Shown in pieces: positions 44,854 through 54,519 of a stretch of 64,000 nt of DNA. Under the pieces are notes generated by a model. That model saw only the letters and a list, made by a program, of their open reading frames with translations. It searched no databases and was not told the origin of the DNA. Positions within the stretch are counted from its first letter, which is position 1. Every line of letters starts with the position of its first letter. Source of the stretch: a virus; IMG/VR virus record IMGVR_UViG_3300041956_000313, positions 1 to 64,000 of that record; one strand, given 5' to 3'. The position numbers were made by a program, and so were the translations under genes.

Positions 44854-45509
44854 AAAGGCCGCTGACTGCAGTTGAAACGGGTTCGGGGCTGTCGCTTGAT
44901 CTGGCCCAGCCCTCTGTGTCGCAAATCTCCGTCATCGACATCGTCCACTCACTCGCGATGACACCACGCTTGCTGGGCGCGGTAAACAACCGTTACTCGA
45001 TCGCGCAGCACGTACTGCACATGTTCGACCTGTTGACTGCGCGTGGCGTGTCGGCGGATCGATTGTGCTTGCGATACTTCGTCACCCAAAGCCACGTGCC
45101 TTACATCGGTGACATACCAAGTCAGGTACTCAAGCTGCATGCGATGACGTCAGTGCTTGCAGACCTGATAAGAAAACTTCACTACGCAGTACGCAAGCAC
45201 ATTGAGGAGCGTTACAGCGTGCCCACGCACATGTTCGCGCGCCCGAATGAGGACGAATCACGGGCAGTTGCATCGATGTCTCGTGTGCTGCGTGCTTACG
45301 AATCGTTTCACTTGCTTCAGGGAGGTGGGTGGAGCATGCAGCTGGAGCCGCAAGAGCTCGTCACCGTGGCAGGAGTGCTGTGGGAAAAGTCAAAGTACCG
45401 ACTCGACTTTGATCGTCCACCACAGTGGATGGATGAGCGCACAGCACATGCAAAGCTCTTGAATCGTGTCAACGAGCTGATAACCACACCCAAGAGTGCC
45501 GCGGCATGA
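44850..45509 (+). CDS. YfbR/HD-domain 5'-nucleotidase-like protein with degenerate active site
   Basis: IDIVHSLA..R..G..YSIAQH..YIGDIPS present, but LHD..E is replaced by VTQSHV. Confidence 0.65.
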   Translation: MKRPLTAVETGSGLSLDLAQPSVSQISVIDIVHSLAMTPRLLGAVNNRYSIAQHVLHMFDLLTARGVSADRLCLRYFVTQSHVPYIGDIPSQVLKLHAMTSVLADLIRKLHYAVRKHIEERYSVPTHMFARPNEDESRAVASMSRVLRAYESFHLLQGGGWSMQLEPQELVTVAGVLWEKSKYRLDFDRPPQWMDERTAHAKLLNRVNELITTPKSAAA

Positions 45510-45877
45510 AGAACAGAAAGAAGCTGCTAATCGTGCTGACGAAGCGCATCCTGTTTATTTTTGGGCTGCAGGTCTTGGGCGTTGTCAGTGCTGTCGGACT
45601 CTGGATCTTTGTCATGCTCATGTGGTTTGCAGGGTTCTTCGTGCTGCCGGTGGCGTTGATGCGCTCGACGTCAGACAAGGGCGAGATAGTACTGCCGACG
45701 TGGGCAAGGCATTGGGACGACACTGCGGACCTCGAGATCAGAGGCCGACCCGCGGCGCAGTTTGTGTGGCAGTACGACTTGGGGTGGCACATGGCGACGT
45801 TCTTGTGGCTGCAGTTCTACAATCCACTCGCTAACATGCGAGTTATGTATCGCCGCAAGGTCGGACTGCCGCAATGA
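45506..45877 (+). CDS. membrane protein
   Basis: long hydrophobic N-terminal region; coupled to terL. Confidence 0.55.
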   Translation: MKNRKKLLIVLTKRILFIFGLQVLGVVSAVGLWIFVMLMWFAGFFVLPVALMRSTSDKGEIVLPTWARHWDDTADLEIRGRPAAQFVWQYDLGWHMATFLWLQFYNPLANMRVMYRRKVGLPQ

Positions 45878-47268
45878 GCGCGATAGTCATGCCTTTACGA
45901 CGCCGGCCGCGTGTGCCGGTGCCGATGCTGGATCACAAGCAAGAGTTCTGGCGCAAAGAAGATCCGATACTCAATGACAAGGGCGAGGTCATCAAGGGTG
46001 GGTTTTGGGAGCCGCAACGCAACTGGTGGAGTCTGCCGAACTTCATAAAGTCGTTCGTCGCAGGCTATGGCAGCGGCAAGACGTTCATAGGTGCAAAGCG
46101 TGACATCGCCCAGTGTTTGCTGAATGCGCCTGCGCCACAGTTAGTCGTCAGCCCGTCCTACAAGATCGCAAAGCGCACAATCATTCCCGTGATTCGTGCT
46201 TTGTGTCAGGGCAAAGCGGTGCGTGACCCGACGTTCACGTGGAGTGAGCATCGCACTGACTTTGAATTCACTATCAAGCACGGTCCGCGAATCGGCACGA
46301 TCTGGATTGCATCCGGAGACGAGCCGGACAGCTTGAAGGGTCCGACAGTCGGCAGCGCTCACATCGACGAGCCCTTTGTGCAGGAGAAAGAAGTACTCGA
46401 CCAGTGCATAGCACGTGTGCGCGATCCGCGCGCAAAGCGCAAAGAGATTACTCTGACGGGCACGCCTGAGCAGCTCAACTGGGGGTATGACATCTGCGCA
46501 GGAGACGAGAAGGAGGACTATGACGTCGGTGTCGTGCACGCATCGACTCACTCGAACCGTGCTCTGGCTGATGATTACGCGAAGCGCATGGAGAGTGCTT
46601 ACACGGATCGTGCCACGCAGGCGTTCGTTGACGGACTGTTCGTCAATCTGTCCAAGGGCGTGGTGTACTACGGCTTTACAAATCTTAACGTAGTTCAGAT
46701 TCCTGACCCGGGCGGTGAGCTCTGTGTGGGCATGGACTTCAACGTCAACCCGATGGCGTGTTGTGTGTTTTGGGTTTACGGCAATCACATGCATGTCATT
46801 GCAGAGCACGAGTTCGACAACGCTGATACACCGTATGTCTGCCAAGTTCTGCACGAGAAGTACAGGTTTCTAGCCGGTCCGCGTCAGGGCGAGTGTCGCA
46901 TAAAGAATGTGTACCCCGATCCGGCTGGCAATCAGCGGCACACGAGCTCGCCCGGTGGAAAGACGGACTTCCACTACATTCAGGAAGCAGGCTTCATCGT
47001 GCAAGCACGACGTTCGCACCCTGCCGTGCGCGATCGTGAGAACGCAGTAAATGGCAAGCTCGGACCGATGATGGGAGAGCCCACACTGACGTTCGAGCCT
47101 TCGTGCAAACGTCTCGTCAAATACTGTCGAATCTACACGCACGAGAACAAAAACAAACCGCATGCAAAGGCAATGAGTCACCTGCTTGATAGTCTCGGGT
47201 ACCCTGTTGAATACTTGTTTCCAGTTGTTCGGCCGATTGTTGAAGTCCGAAACTTTCAAGGCGCGTGA
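45874..47268 (+). CDS. terL: terminase large subunit
   Basis: AGYGSGKT Walker A, HIDEP Walker B, TGTPE, GMDFNVNPM, YPDPAG, HLLDSLGY nuclease motifs. Confidence 0.93.
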   Translation: MSAIVMPLRRRPRVPVPMLDHKQEFWRKEDPILNDKGEVIKGGFWEPQRNWWSLPNFIKSFVAGYGSGKTFIGAKRDIAQCLLNAPAPQLVVSPSYKIAKRTIIPVIRALCQGKAVRDPTFTWSEHRTDFEFTIKHGPRIGTIWIASGDEPDSLKGPTVGSAHIDEPFVQEKEVLDQCIARVRDPRAKRKEITLTGTPEQLNWGYDICAGDEKEDYDVGVVHASTHSNRALADDYAKRMESAYTDRATQAFVDGLFVNLSKGVVYYGFTNLNVVQIPDPGGELCVGMDFNVNPMACCVFWVYGNHMHVIAEHEFDNADTPYVCQVLHEKYRFLAGPRQGECRIKNVYPDPAGNQRHTSSPGGKTDFHYIQEAGFIVQARRSHPAVRDRENAVNGKLGPMMGEPTLTFEPSCKRLVKYCRIYTHENKNKPHAKAMSHLLDSLGYPVEYLFPVVRPIVEVRNFQGA

Positions 47269-47278
47269 GGGGAAAAGC

Positions 47279-48736
47279 ATGGCGGTCAAAAGAAACCCGG
47301 CTGTACAGCACCCGACCTACCAGAAGTATTTGCCGAGATGGAAACTCGTGCGTGACTGCGCACAGAATTTGGTGAAGGCAAAGGGCAATGAGTATTTGCC
47401 GTCGCTGAGCGGTCAGACTGGGAGTGAGTACGACTCATATCGTCGACGAGCGTTCTGGCTTGGCGCGACCCAGCGCACTCTTGACGGCTTTACGGGCATG
47501 GCTTTCAGAAAGCCTCCGATCATTTCGACTGCAGGCGAGACGAAGAAAGAGCTAGAAATAGAAAAGGACAGCTTTCTTGCTCGCATCACTCCGAAGCGCA
47601 AGCCGTTTGTGTCTCTCGCGCGCATGACAGTGCGTGAGTTGTTGCAGACGGCCCGAGTTGCATTGCTGCTCGATTTGCCTGATGACGCGGATTCGTCAAT
47701 TGATCCGTGGGTGGCGGTGTATCAGGCAGAGAGTCTCATCTCGTGGGAATACGGCTCAGATGACAAGGGTGAGCCGGTGCTCATTCAAGCTGTGCTAGAG
47801 GAAATCGTCGAAGAACGCAAAGCTCCACCGGACGATGACGAGATAATTCTCGTCACGCAGTGGAAAGTTCTGATGCTGGAGGACAATGAGTACAAGGTAC
47901 AGGTGTGGCGCAAGGGCGAAGGGCCGCGTGCCAATCCGTACGTCGTGCACAAGGAGACGATTACACCGCAAATACGCGGCAAGCGTTTCACTCGTATTCC
48001 TCTAGTCATTCTCGACATGATGGACGACAACGGTGACTTGACTCCGCCCTTTGAGCCGATTGCCGAGGCAAATGTCAGCCACTTCTTGTCGTCCGCTGAC
48101 CTTGAACATGGCCGGCATTACACGGCGTTGCCTACTCCGTACGTGTGTGGCATTCAGCAGAGTGACAAAGAACTGAAAATCGGTTCGATGTCAGCATGGA
48201 TGATCAGTGACGCACAGGCGAAGGTGGGCATGCTCGAATTCACCGGGCAAGGTCTCGGCTCGCTAGAGAAGGCGCTCGAAGCGAAAGAGAATCTCATGGC
48301 TGTGCTTGGAGCACGCTTGCTCGAAGCGCAGAAGAAGGGCGTCGAGGCTGCTGACACGCACCAGATGCGCGGCTCGGGTGAGCAGTCGGTGCTTGCATCG
48401 GTCGTGCTGCTTGCTCAGCAAGGATTGAATGAAGTGCTCACGATCGCACAACCTTACGTCGCAGGCATGCAATCTGCAGTTGCCGAGTTAAATCTCGACT
48501 TTGCTGCACTCACTCTGACGTCGGCGGAGCTAGACTCACTCGTGAAAGCGTTGCAGAGCGGAGCAATCAGCGAGGAAACGTTCTTCTACAACATGCAGCA
48601 GGCAGAGATGTATCCGCCTGACAGAACGTTTGAAGATGAACAAGCCGCACGTCAGCAAGACTCCGACAAGGGTCTTGAGAATGAGATAAAGCGCATCAAG
48701 GCGATGCCGGAAACAGACCTCGGGAATGCGGCGTAA
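47279..48736 (+). CDS. portal protein (DUF4055-like)
   Basis: follows terL; HP.Y...W..VRD, YLP, Y..Y..RA, SADLEHG.H.TALP. Confidence 0.88.
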   Translation: MAVKRNPAVQHPTYQKYLPRWKLVRDCAQNLVKAKGNEYLPSLSGQTGSEYDSYRRRAFWLGATQRTLDGFTGMAFRKPPIISTAGETKKELEIEKDSFLARITPKRKPFVSLARMTVRELLQTARVALLLDLPDDADSSIDPWVAVYQAESLISWEYGSDDKGEPVLIQAVLEEIVEERKAPPDDDEIILVTQWKVLMLEDNEYKVQVWRKGEGPRANPYVVHKETITPQIRGKRFTRIPLVILDMMDDNGDLTPPFEPIAEANVSHFLSSADLEHGRHYTALPTPYVCGIQQSDKELKIGSMSAWMISDAQAKVGMLEFTGQGLGSLEKALEAKENLMAVLGARLLEAQKKGVEAADTHQMRGSGEQSVLASVVLLAQQGLNEVLTIAQPYVAGMQSAVAELNLDFAALTLTSAELDSLVKALQSGAISEETFFYNMQQAEMYPPDRTFEDEQAARQQDSDKGLENEIKRIKAMPETDLGNAA

Positions 48737-49834
48737 GTGGCGAACCTGTCCGATCAGTTTGCGGCGGAGCTCATCGGCAATACGGTCGATGTGCTCCGTT
48801 TTGCTGAGGGAGCCCGAGCGCGGTTGGTCGGGCGTCTCTTCATGCTGCGTGACGAGCTGATTGAAAAACTGATGGCGTTAGACGGAACTGACGCCTTCTC
48901 GTTTCGCGAGAAGAAAGCAAAGCTGACTGCCACGTTACTCCGCACCGAGGCGACGATTCGCACGGCCTACAGAGACCTGCGTGATGCTCATCTGCGTGAA
49001 ATGACGTCGCTTGCTCAACTGCAAAACGAATTCGTGCCGCGCATGTTCAATGACACACTCGGAGTGTCCGTGGTCGAGTCCGTGTTTACTGTCGAGCAGT
49101 TGAAAGCAGTCGCGCGTAACTCACTCGTGCAAGGCTCGCCGTCCGGTGAGTGGTGGGGCAGACAAGCGACTGCGTTACGTCAGAAGTTTGAAGATCAGAT
49201 GCGCATGGGCTATCTGCAGAACGAGACCGTGGGTGACTTGGTGCGCAGAGTGCGTGGCGCGTCTACAGGCAAACGTATTACGTCGGTGGTTGATGGCAAG
49301 CGGCACACGTTCACGGAGTTCAAGGGCGGCATAATGGACGTGAGCACGCGCAACGCTGAGGCGTTGGTGCGCACGTCGATACAGACACTGTCGAATGATG
49401 TGATATTTGAGACGTATGAAGGCAATGACGATCTCATCAAGGGATTGCAAGCACTCGCGACGCTCGACTTTAGAACGACTGAGTTCTGTCAGGAGCACGA
49501 TCATCAAGCATGGTACATTGACGGTTACCGCCCGATACCGCCTAACGCACTTCCGTGGCCGGGTCGGCCGCCGTATCATTGGAACTGCCGTACGGTGCTC
49601 GTGCCGCTGACGTACTCATGGGAGGAACTCGTGAAGCGTGCGAAGGGCAGTGCGTCTGCGCGCCGGCTAGCACGCAAGGTCGACAAAAGCATTGAGCCGG
49701 GCACCCGAGCGTCTATGGACGGAGCAGTCTCGAAAGAATTCGACTATGACACGTGGTATGACACGCAGTCATCGGCACGACAGATTCAAATTTCTAGCGT
49801 CCTCAAAACGAGGAATAAAACCGGAGGTAGATGA
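48737..49834 (+). CDS. minor head morphogenesis protein (SPP1 gp7/Mu gpF-like)
   Basis: AEALVRT, ATLD.RTT.FC..HD, PPYHWNCRT. Confidence 0.85.
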   Translation: MANLSDQFAAELIGNTVDVLRFAEGARARLVGRLFMLRDELIEKLMALDGTDAFSFREKKAKLTATLLRTEATIRTAYRDLRDAHLREMTSLAQLQNEFVPRMFNDTLGVSVVESVFTVEQLKAVARNSLVQGSPSGEWWGRQATALRQKFEDQMRMGYLQNETVGDLVRRVRGASTGKRITSVVDGKRHTFTEFKGGIMDVSTRNAEALVRTSIQTLSNDVIFETYEGNDDLIKGLQALATLDFRTTEFCQEHDHQAWYIDGYRPIPPNALPWPGRPPYHWNCRTVLVPLTYSWEELVKRAKGSASARRLARKVDKSIEPGTRASMDGAVSKEFDYDTWYDTQSSARQIQISSVLKTRNKTGGR

Positions 49835-50628
49835 CAATGGCTCTGAAATTCAGATACGAGAAGCAGGAAGATGTGCCGAAGGAGCACGAGACTCTTTACA
49901 AGGAAGTGAACGGTGCGTGGATTCTCGAAGTCGAGGGCGTCGTGCCGCTCGAACGTGCGAACGAACTCAGCTCGAAGGTGAACGAGTTTCGCAAGACGAA
50001 TGGCGAGCTCACGGCGAAGCTCGCAGCGTTCGATGGCAAGAAAGTGCTGACGGAGGAGGAGCACAAAGAGCTGATCGAAGCGAAGGAGAAGCTGGAGAAG
50101 GGTCACAAGCCGGAAGAGCTTGAGGCGCTCGTCGAGAAGCGCACTGCGAACATGCGCAAGGCGCACGCGTCTGAGCTTGCCTCTGCTCGTGCCATTGCCG
50201 AAGAGGCGACGACGAAGCACAAGAAGACCTTCCGCGAACTCGAAACTACGCGCGTGCAGGCCACGCTTGCTCAAGTGGTCAGCGAAGTCGGCACACCGGC
50301 GAAGGGGGCTCTGCAAGACATCAACTCGCGTGCTGCGGGGGTGTTTCGTCTGAACGATGACGGCAACATCGTCGCCATGAAGGACGATGGTGAGGAGGTC
50401 ATGGGCACGGATGGCAAACCGCTCACGATGAAAGAGTTTGTCACGAATCTGACGAAAGAGGCGCCGTATCTGTTCGAGCGCTCGAATGGCTCGGGCAGCA
50501 AGGGCCCCGGTGATCGCAGCAGCCGGTCGTCGACGCGCACGATTTCACGTGGGGACTCTGCTGGGTTCGGGCAGAATCTGGAGGCAATTGCGAAAGGAGA
50601 AGTGTCCGTCGACATGGAAGCAGACTGA
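49831..50628 (+). CDS. capsid scaffolding protein
   Basis: coiled coil, APYLF..S.GSG; lies before the capsid gene. Confidence 0.75.
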   Translation: MTMALKFRYEKQEDVPKEHETLYKEVNGAWILEVEGVVPLERANELSSKVNEFRKTNGELTAKLAAFDGKKVLTEEEHKELIEAKEKLEKGHKPEELEALVEKRTANMRKAHASELASARAIAEEATTKHKKTFRELETTRVQATLAQVVSEVGTPAKGALQDINSRAAGVFRLNDDGNIVAMKDDGEEVMGTDGKPLTMKEFVTNLTKEAPYLFERSNGSGSKGPGDRSSRSSTRTISRGDSAGFGQNLEAIAKGEVSVDMEAD

Positions 50629-50631
50629 CAC

Positions 50632-50814
50632 TTGCACCCGGTTCCATTGTGACTAGAATCCGTTTCTGGTAAAGCGAACCTTCAGGGCGAATCCCTCCGC
50701 AGAGTGTGAGGGGTTGATAGCTGAGAAACTCTCGACAAGGCACCGGCAGAGTCGGTGCCCATCGGGGAAGGTGCAGCAGCAATCAATTCATCAACTCTGT
50801 GAGGGGATTCGTTC
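50632..50814 (+). promoter_or_regulatory. putative promoter and structured leader of the major capsid gene
   Basis: TTGCAC-N16-TAGAAT; 50688-50705 pairs with 50794-50811 covering the RBS. Confidence 0.6.
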
Positions 50815-51975
50815 ATGGCCAATAATCTTGCCGTGGCAGTGCCGAAGATTCTGGCACGTGGTCTGATGGCGCTACGCTCCGAAACTGTCATGCCCGCGCT
50901 CGTGAACCGGGACTATGGCAATGAGGCCGCACAGCGAGGCACCGTCATCACCATTCCGATTCCGTCTGCGGTTGCAGTCCGCGACGTCGTTCCAGGTGTT
51001 ACGCCGGTGGCTGCACCGGATCAGGGTCCGACGCAGGCACTCGTGCCGCTCGATCAGTGGAAAGAAGCTCCGTTCTATCTGAATGACAAGGAGCTTCAAG
51101 AGATCAACGCGAGCGCGACGTTCATTCCGATGGAAACATCGGAGGCGATCAAGTCGCTGGCGGAAGTGATCAATGCCTTCATTCTTTCGAAGTACAAGGG
51201 TGTCTACGGGTACGCCGGCACTGCTGGCACGACTCCGTTCAACGCGACGCCTGCCAACCTCGACATCAGCTCGGCCACGGCTCTGCGCAAGGTTCTCAAC
51301 AACCAGCGCGCGCCGAAGCGTCCGCGCTATGCCGTGCTGGACCCGGACGCCGAAGCCAACGCACTGAATCAGCGTGCGTTCCAGGACTACAGCTGGGGCA
51401 ACACGACTGACGTGATTCGCGATGGTGAGATGCGTGAGACGCGCATGGGCTTCGGCTGGTTCATGGATCAGCAGGTCCCGACGCACACGGCCGGTACGCT
51501 GACGGGCACGATCAACGTCGCGGCGAACGCGGCCGCGGGCGTGTCGTCCGTCACCGCTGCAACGGACGGTGCCGAAGCGATCGCGCTGAAGGAAGGCGAC
51601 ATCATCACTTTCAGCAATCACACGCAGACGTATGTGGTGACTGCTGATGTGACGGCGGGCGCCTCGGTTGCGTCGACGGCGATTCCGATTGCGCCGGTGC
51701 TGCAGGTGGCGGTGACGACTGCCGCGACGATTGCAGTGAAGGCGACGCACGTCGTGAATCTCGGCTTCCACCGCGATGCTTTCGCGTTCGCGTCGCGTCC
51801 TCTGCAGGACGTCAACGGTCTCGGCAACCTCATCCTGAGCGCGGCCGACCCCATAACTGGTCTGTCACTGCGGCTCGAAATCTCGCGCCAGCACAAGCAG
51901 ACTGCGTGGTCGTTCGACATTCTCTACGGTGCCGCACTCGTGCGTCGCGAGCTCGCAGCACGCCTCGCTGGCTAA
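50815..51975 (+). CDS. major capsid protein (P22 coat-like, with insertion domain)
   Basis: LVNRDY..G..ITIP, NLGFHRDAFAFASRPL, FDILYG...R.ELA.R; very biased codons. Confidence 0.9.
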   Translation: MANNLAVAVPKILARGLMALRSETVMPALVNRDYGNEAAQRGTVITIPIPSAVAVRDVVPGVTPVAAPDQGPTQALVPLDQWKEAPFYLNDKELQEINASATFIPMETSEAIKSLAEVINAFILSKYKGVYGYAGTAGTTPFNATPANLDISSATALRKVLNNQRAPKRPRYAVLDPDAEANALNQRAFQDYSWGNTTDVIRDGEMRETRMGFGWFMDQQVPTHTAGTLTGTINVAANAAAGVSSVTAATDGAEAIALKEGDIITFSNHTQTYVVTADVTAGASVASTAIPIAPVLQVAVTTAATIAVKATHVVNLGFHRDAFAFASRPLQDVNGLGNLILSAADPITGLSLRLEISRQHKQTAWSFDILYGAALVRRELAARLAG

Positions 51976-52066
51976 GGCCGCAAGTCCCTCGCAAACCCCC
52001 GCATTGGGTCGGCACGGATGCTGACCCTGTGCACTTCTGAAAGAAAAGTTTCTTGGAGGTAGTTTC

Positions 52067-52690
52067 ATGAGTGTCCAGACGCTAGTAGAACAACACAAGG
52101 CCATTCGCAAGTCAGGCGTGCCGCTTCACGATCAGTTCGCAGCGCTCAGCCAGAACGAGCGAATGGCATTCGCGCAAGCGCTCGGCCAGACGCTTAACAT
52201 TCCCGTCGGCCGAGAAGCAGAAGCGCAGCCCGAGAACGCGCAGACGCTGCATATCTTGCAGTACATGACGCGACAGCCTCCGCCGCTGAAGAACCTCGCA
52301 CTGCTGGGCGTGCATCGTACGCAGTGCGTGTGGGTGAAGAAGGCGAGCGGCAAGATCGTGGAAGTTCCGGTCGATGCTTTCGACCCGGCCGTGCACGAGC
52401 TGTCGAAGAAGCAGCCGATTGAGGCACGTGCCTATATCGGCAAGGTCAAGAAGAAGATCAAGGAGTATGAGGAACACAAGGCCGCGAACGAAGTGGACGA
52501 CGGTGACGAGGAGTTCGACGACGAGGTGGATGAGGGTGATTCCGAGATTCTCGACCGGGACGAGCCGGCCGACTCGGACATCTCGGATGAAGATGATGAG
52601 GACGCAGGTGGCGAGACTCCGCCGCACTCCGTCACGCGCAAGCCGAAGACTTCGAAGAAGTCAAAGTTGAAGGCGCGCGGCCGCAGGTAA
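52067..52690 (+). CDS. hypothetical virion-associated protein with acidic tract and basic tail
   Basis: GGAGG RBS; FDPAVHEL motif; follows the capsid gene. Confidence 0.7.
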   Translation: MSVQTLVEQHKAIRKSGVPLHDQFAALSQNERMAFAQALGQTLNIPVGREAEAQPENAQTLHILQYMTRQPPPLKNLALLGVHRTQCVWVKKASGKIVEVPVDAFDPAVHELSKKQPIEARAYIGKVKKKIKEYEEHKAANEVDDGDEEFDDEVDEGDSEILDRDEPADSDISDEDDEDAGGETPPHSVTRKPKTSKKSKLKARGRR

Positions 52691-52701
52691 GGCAATCAGT
52701 C

Positions 52702-53226
52702 ATGGCACTCGTTCTCGTATCTACTCCGGGCGCGGCTAACGCGAACTCGTACACGTCTCTCGCAGAGGCAGAGGTGTATTTCGAGTCTCGTCCGTTCTCG
52801 GGCAAGTGGACGAGTGCCTCGACTGCTCAGAAAGAGGCCGCGTTGGTGTGGGCCACGCGGCTTCTTGATCGATCGATTACGTGGCAAGGGTCTCCGTACA
52901 CGCTGACACAGTCACTGCGATGGCCGCGTGTCGGTGCCGTCACGCTCGATGGCAACCTGTACAACTCCGACGTCATTCCACCGGAGTTGAAAGAAGCCAC
53001 CGCGGAACTCGCGCTCTGGCTGCTGACGAAGGATCGTACGGCGGAGACCGGCCGCGAGGGAATCAAGAAGTTTGCAGTCGGCACACTTGAGGTGGAGTTC
53101 GATTCGACGACGAATGCCTCTGTGATTCCTGACTCTGCCTTTCAGCTCATTGCACATCTAGGCAGTCTCGGGACAGTGGCTCAGAGTGCTGTCGGCATTC
53201 AGACTGTCAAGCTGCTACGGACGTGA
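52702..53226 (+). CDS. head-tail adaptor
   Basis: ANSYTSLAEA..YF, QSLRWPR, IPPELKEATAELA, VGTLEVEF. Confidence 0.8.
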   Translation: MALVLVSTPGAANANSYTSLAEAEVYFESRPFSGKWTSASTAQKEAALVWATRLLDRSITWQGSPYTLTQSLRWPRVGAVTLDGNLYNSDVIPPELKEATAELALWLLTKDRTAETGREGIKKFAVGTLEVEFDSTTNASVIPDSAFQLIAHLGSLGTVAQSAVGIQTVKLLRT

Positions 53227-53229
53227 GCC

Positions 53230-53631
53230 ATGAGCTTTCGCGAACTTGCCGCGCAGTTAGCCAGCACCGCGTTCACGGTTGCGGATGACATTCCTGAGTC
53301 GTGCTTGTACAAGCACGGTGGCTCATCTCGTCCCTACGATACGAAGTCAGGAAAAGTTCTGCAGTCATCGACTGCCGCAGAAAGCACTGTCAGCTTTATC
53401 TTCGGACCTGCGCAAGGTTTCGGCACGCCTGACGGTGACACGACTCAGTCAGACCACACAGGCGACTTGAGTGCGGTTGCTCAGGCTGCCGAATTCAATC
53501 AGACGCCGGCCGAGGGTGACGAGCTCGTGCGTGGCGTCGACGAGTATCGAGTCATTGCACTGAAGCCGGATGAGGCCGGTGCGACCTACACGTTCTTGAT
53601 TGCGCGCATCGGTGGCGGAATCGAGCCATGA
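53230..53631 (+). CDS. head closure / head-tail joining protein
   Basis: position; YD..SG, P.EGD..YRV..PD. Confidence 0.65.
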   Translation: MSFRELAAQLASTAFTVADDIPESCLYKHGGSSRPYDTKSGKVLQSSTAAESTVSFIFGPAQGFGTPDGDTTQSDHTGDLSAVAQAAEFNQTPAEGDELVRGVDEYRVIALKPDEAGATYTFLIARIGGGIEP

Positions 53632-54059
53632 TATCTCTCGACACAAGAGACTTCGAGGCCGACCTTCTTGCCTTTGCTCGCAAGGTAGAGCTCGGGCCGG
53701 GCATCGTCACTCGTAAACTCGTGCTCGACATCTTCGGAGACTTGCTGGCATCGACTCCGGTTGATACGGGCAGGGCACGCAGTAACTGGAAAGTGTCGGT
53801 GGGCGCACCTGACTTCACTCAACTTGAGTCTCTCGGAGATGGCCCCGGAGCGGAGTCTATTCAGTTTCTGTCAGCGCAGGCTCGCTTGTATCGGTATCGA
53901 GCTAACCGCCCTGTCTACATCACGAACGGATTGCCCTACATAGAGAGGCTTAACGAGGGCTGGTCGCAGCAAGCACCGGCAGGATTTGTTGAGGCCGCGA
54001 TCTTGCGCAACGTGCGGCCGATCATCGCCGCCAGTGATTTTCTCAGTGGTGGTGTATGA
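53628..54059 (+). CDS. HK97 gp10-like tail completion/neck protein
   Basis: TPVDTGRARSNW, YI.RLNEG.SQQAPAGFV. Confidence 0.85.
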   Translation: MISLDTRDFEADLLAFARKVELGPGIVTRKLVLDIFGDLLASTPVDTGRARSNWKVSVGAPDFTQLESLGDGPGAESIQFLSAQARLYRYRANRPVYITNGLPYIERLNEGWSQQAPAGFVEAAILRNVRPIIAASDFLSGGV

Positions 54060-54517
54060 ATGAGGCTGAGGTACTGCACGCGATTGAAGATCGAATGCGA
54101 ACTCGATGGCCGTTAGTGTGGGACCGACAACCGCCTATCACGATCATCTTCGAAGACACTCAGACGCGTGTGCCGCTGCCGCCGTTCGTGCGGCTGTATG
54201 TCGATGCTATCGGAGACAAGGACGAGGCCTACGCAGGCAGCCGAATCGATTATTCGAAGCTGGGGATTATCACTGCGCAGATTTTCACGAAGAAGGGAGA
54301 GGGCACGACTCTCGGCCGTGAGATTGGCGCAGCGATTGAAACGATCTTTGCTGGGAAGAGCTTTGGCTCAGATGTCGCTAAGCCGATGTCGGGCATCATC
54401 TGCCGCGAGTGCACGGTGACTGTCATCCGGGGTCGTGACCGGGCGAATGCTGAGTTGTCGCAAGTCAATGCACGCGTGCCTTACGAATATCACCAATCGG
54501 TAGAAACCGGAGACTAA
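54056..54517 (+). CDS. tail terminator
   Basis: position; GII..QIF...G.G, QVN..VPY. Confidence 0.7.
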   Translation: MNEAEVLHAIEDRMRTRWPLVWDRQPPITIIFEDTQTRVPLPPFVRLYVDAIGDKDEAYAGSRIDYSKLGIITAQIFTKKGEGTTLGREIGAAIETIFAGKSFGSDVAKPMSGIICRECTVTVIRGRDRANAELSQVNARVPYEYHQSVETGD

Positions 54518-54519
54518 AC

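Noticed and set aside
45506-45877. Holin
   Set aside because: Hydrophobic, but no endolysin or spanin nearby; left as membrane protein
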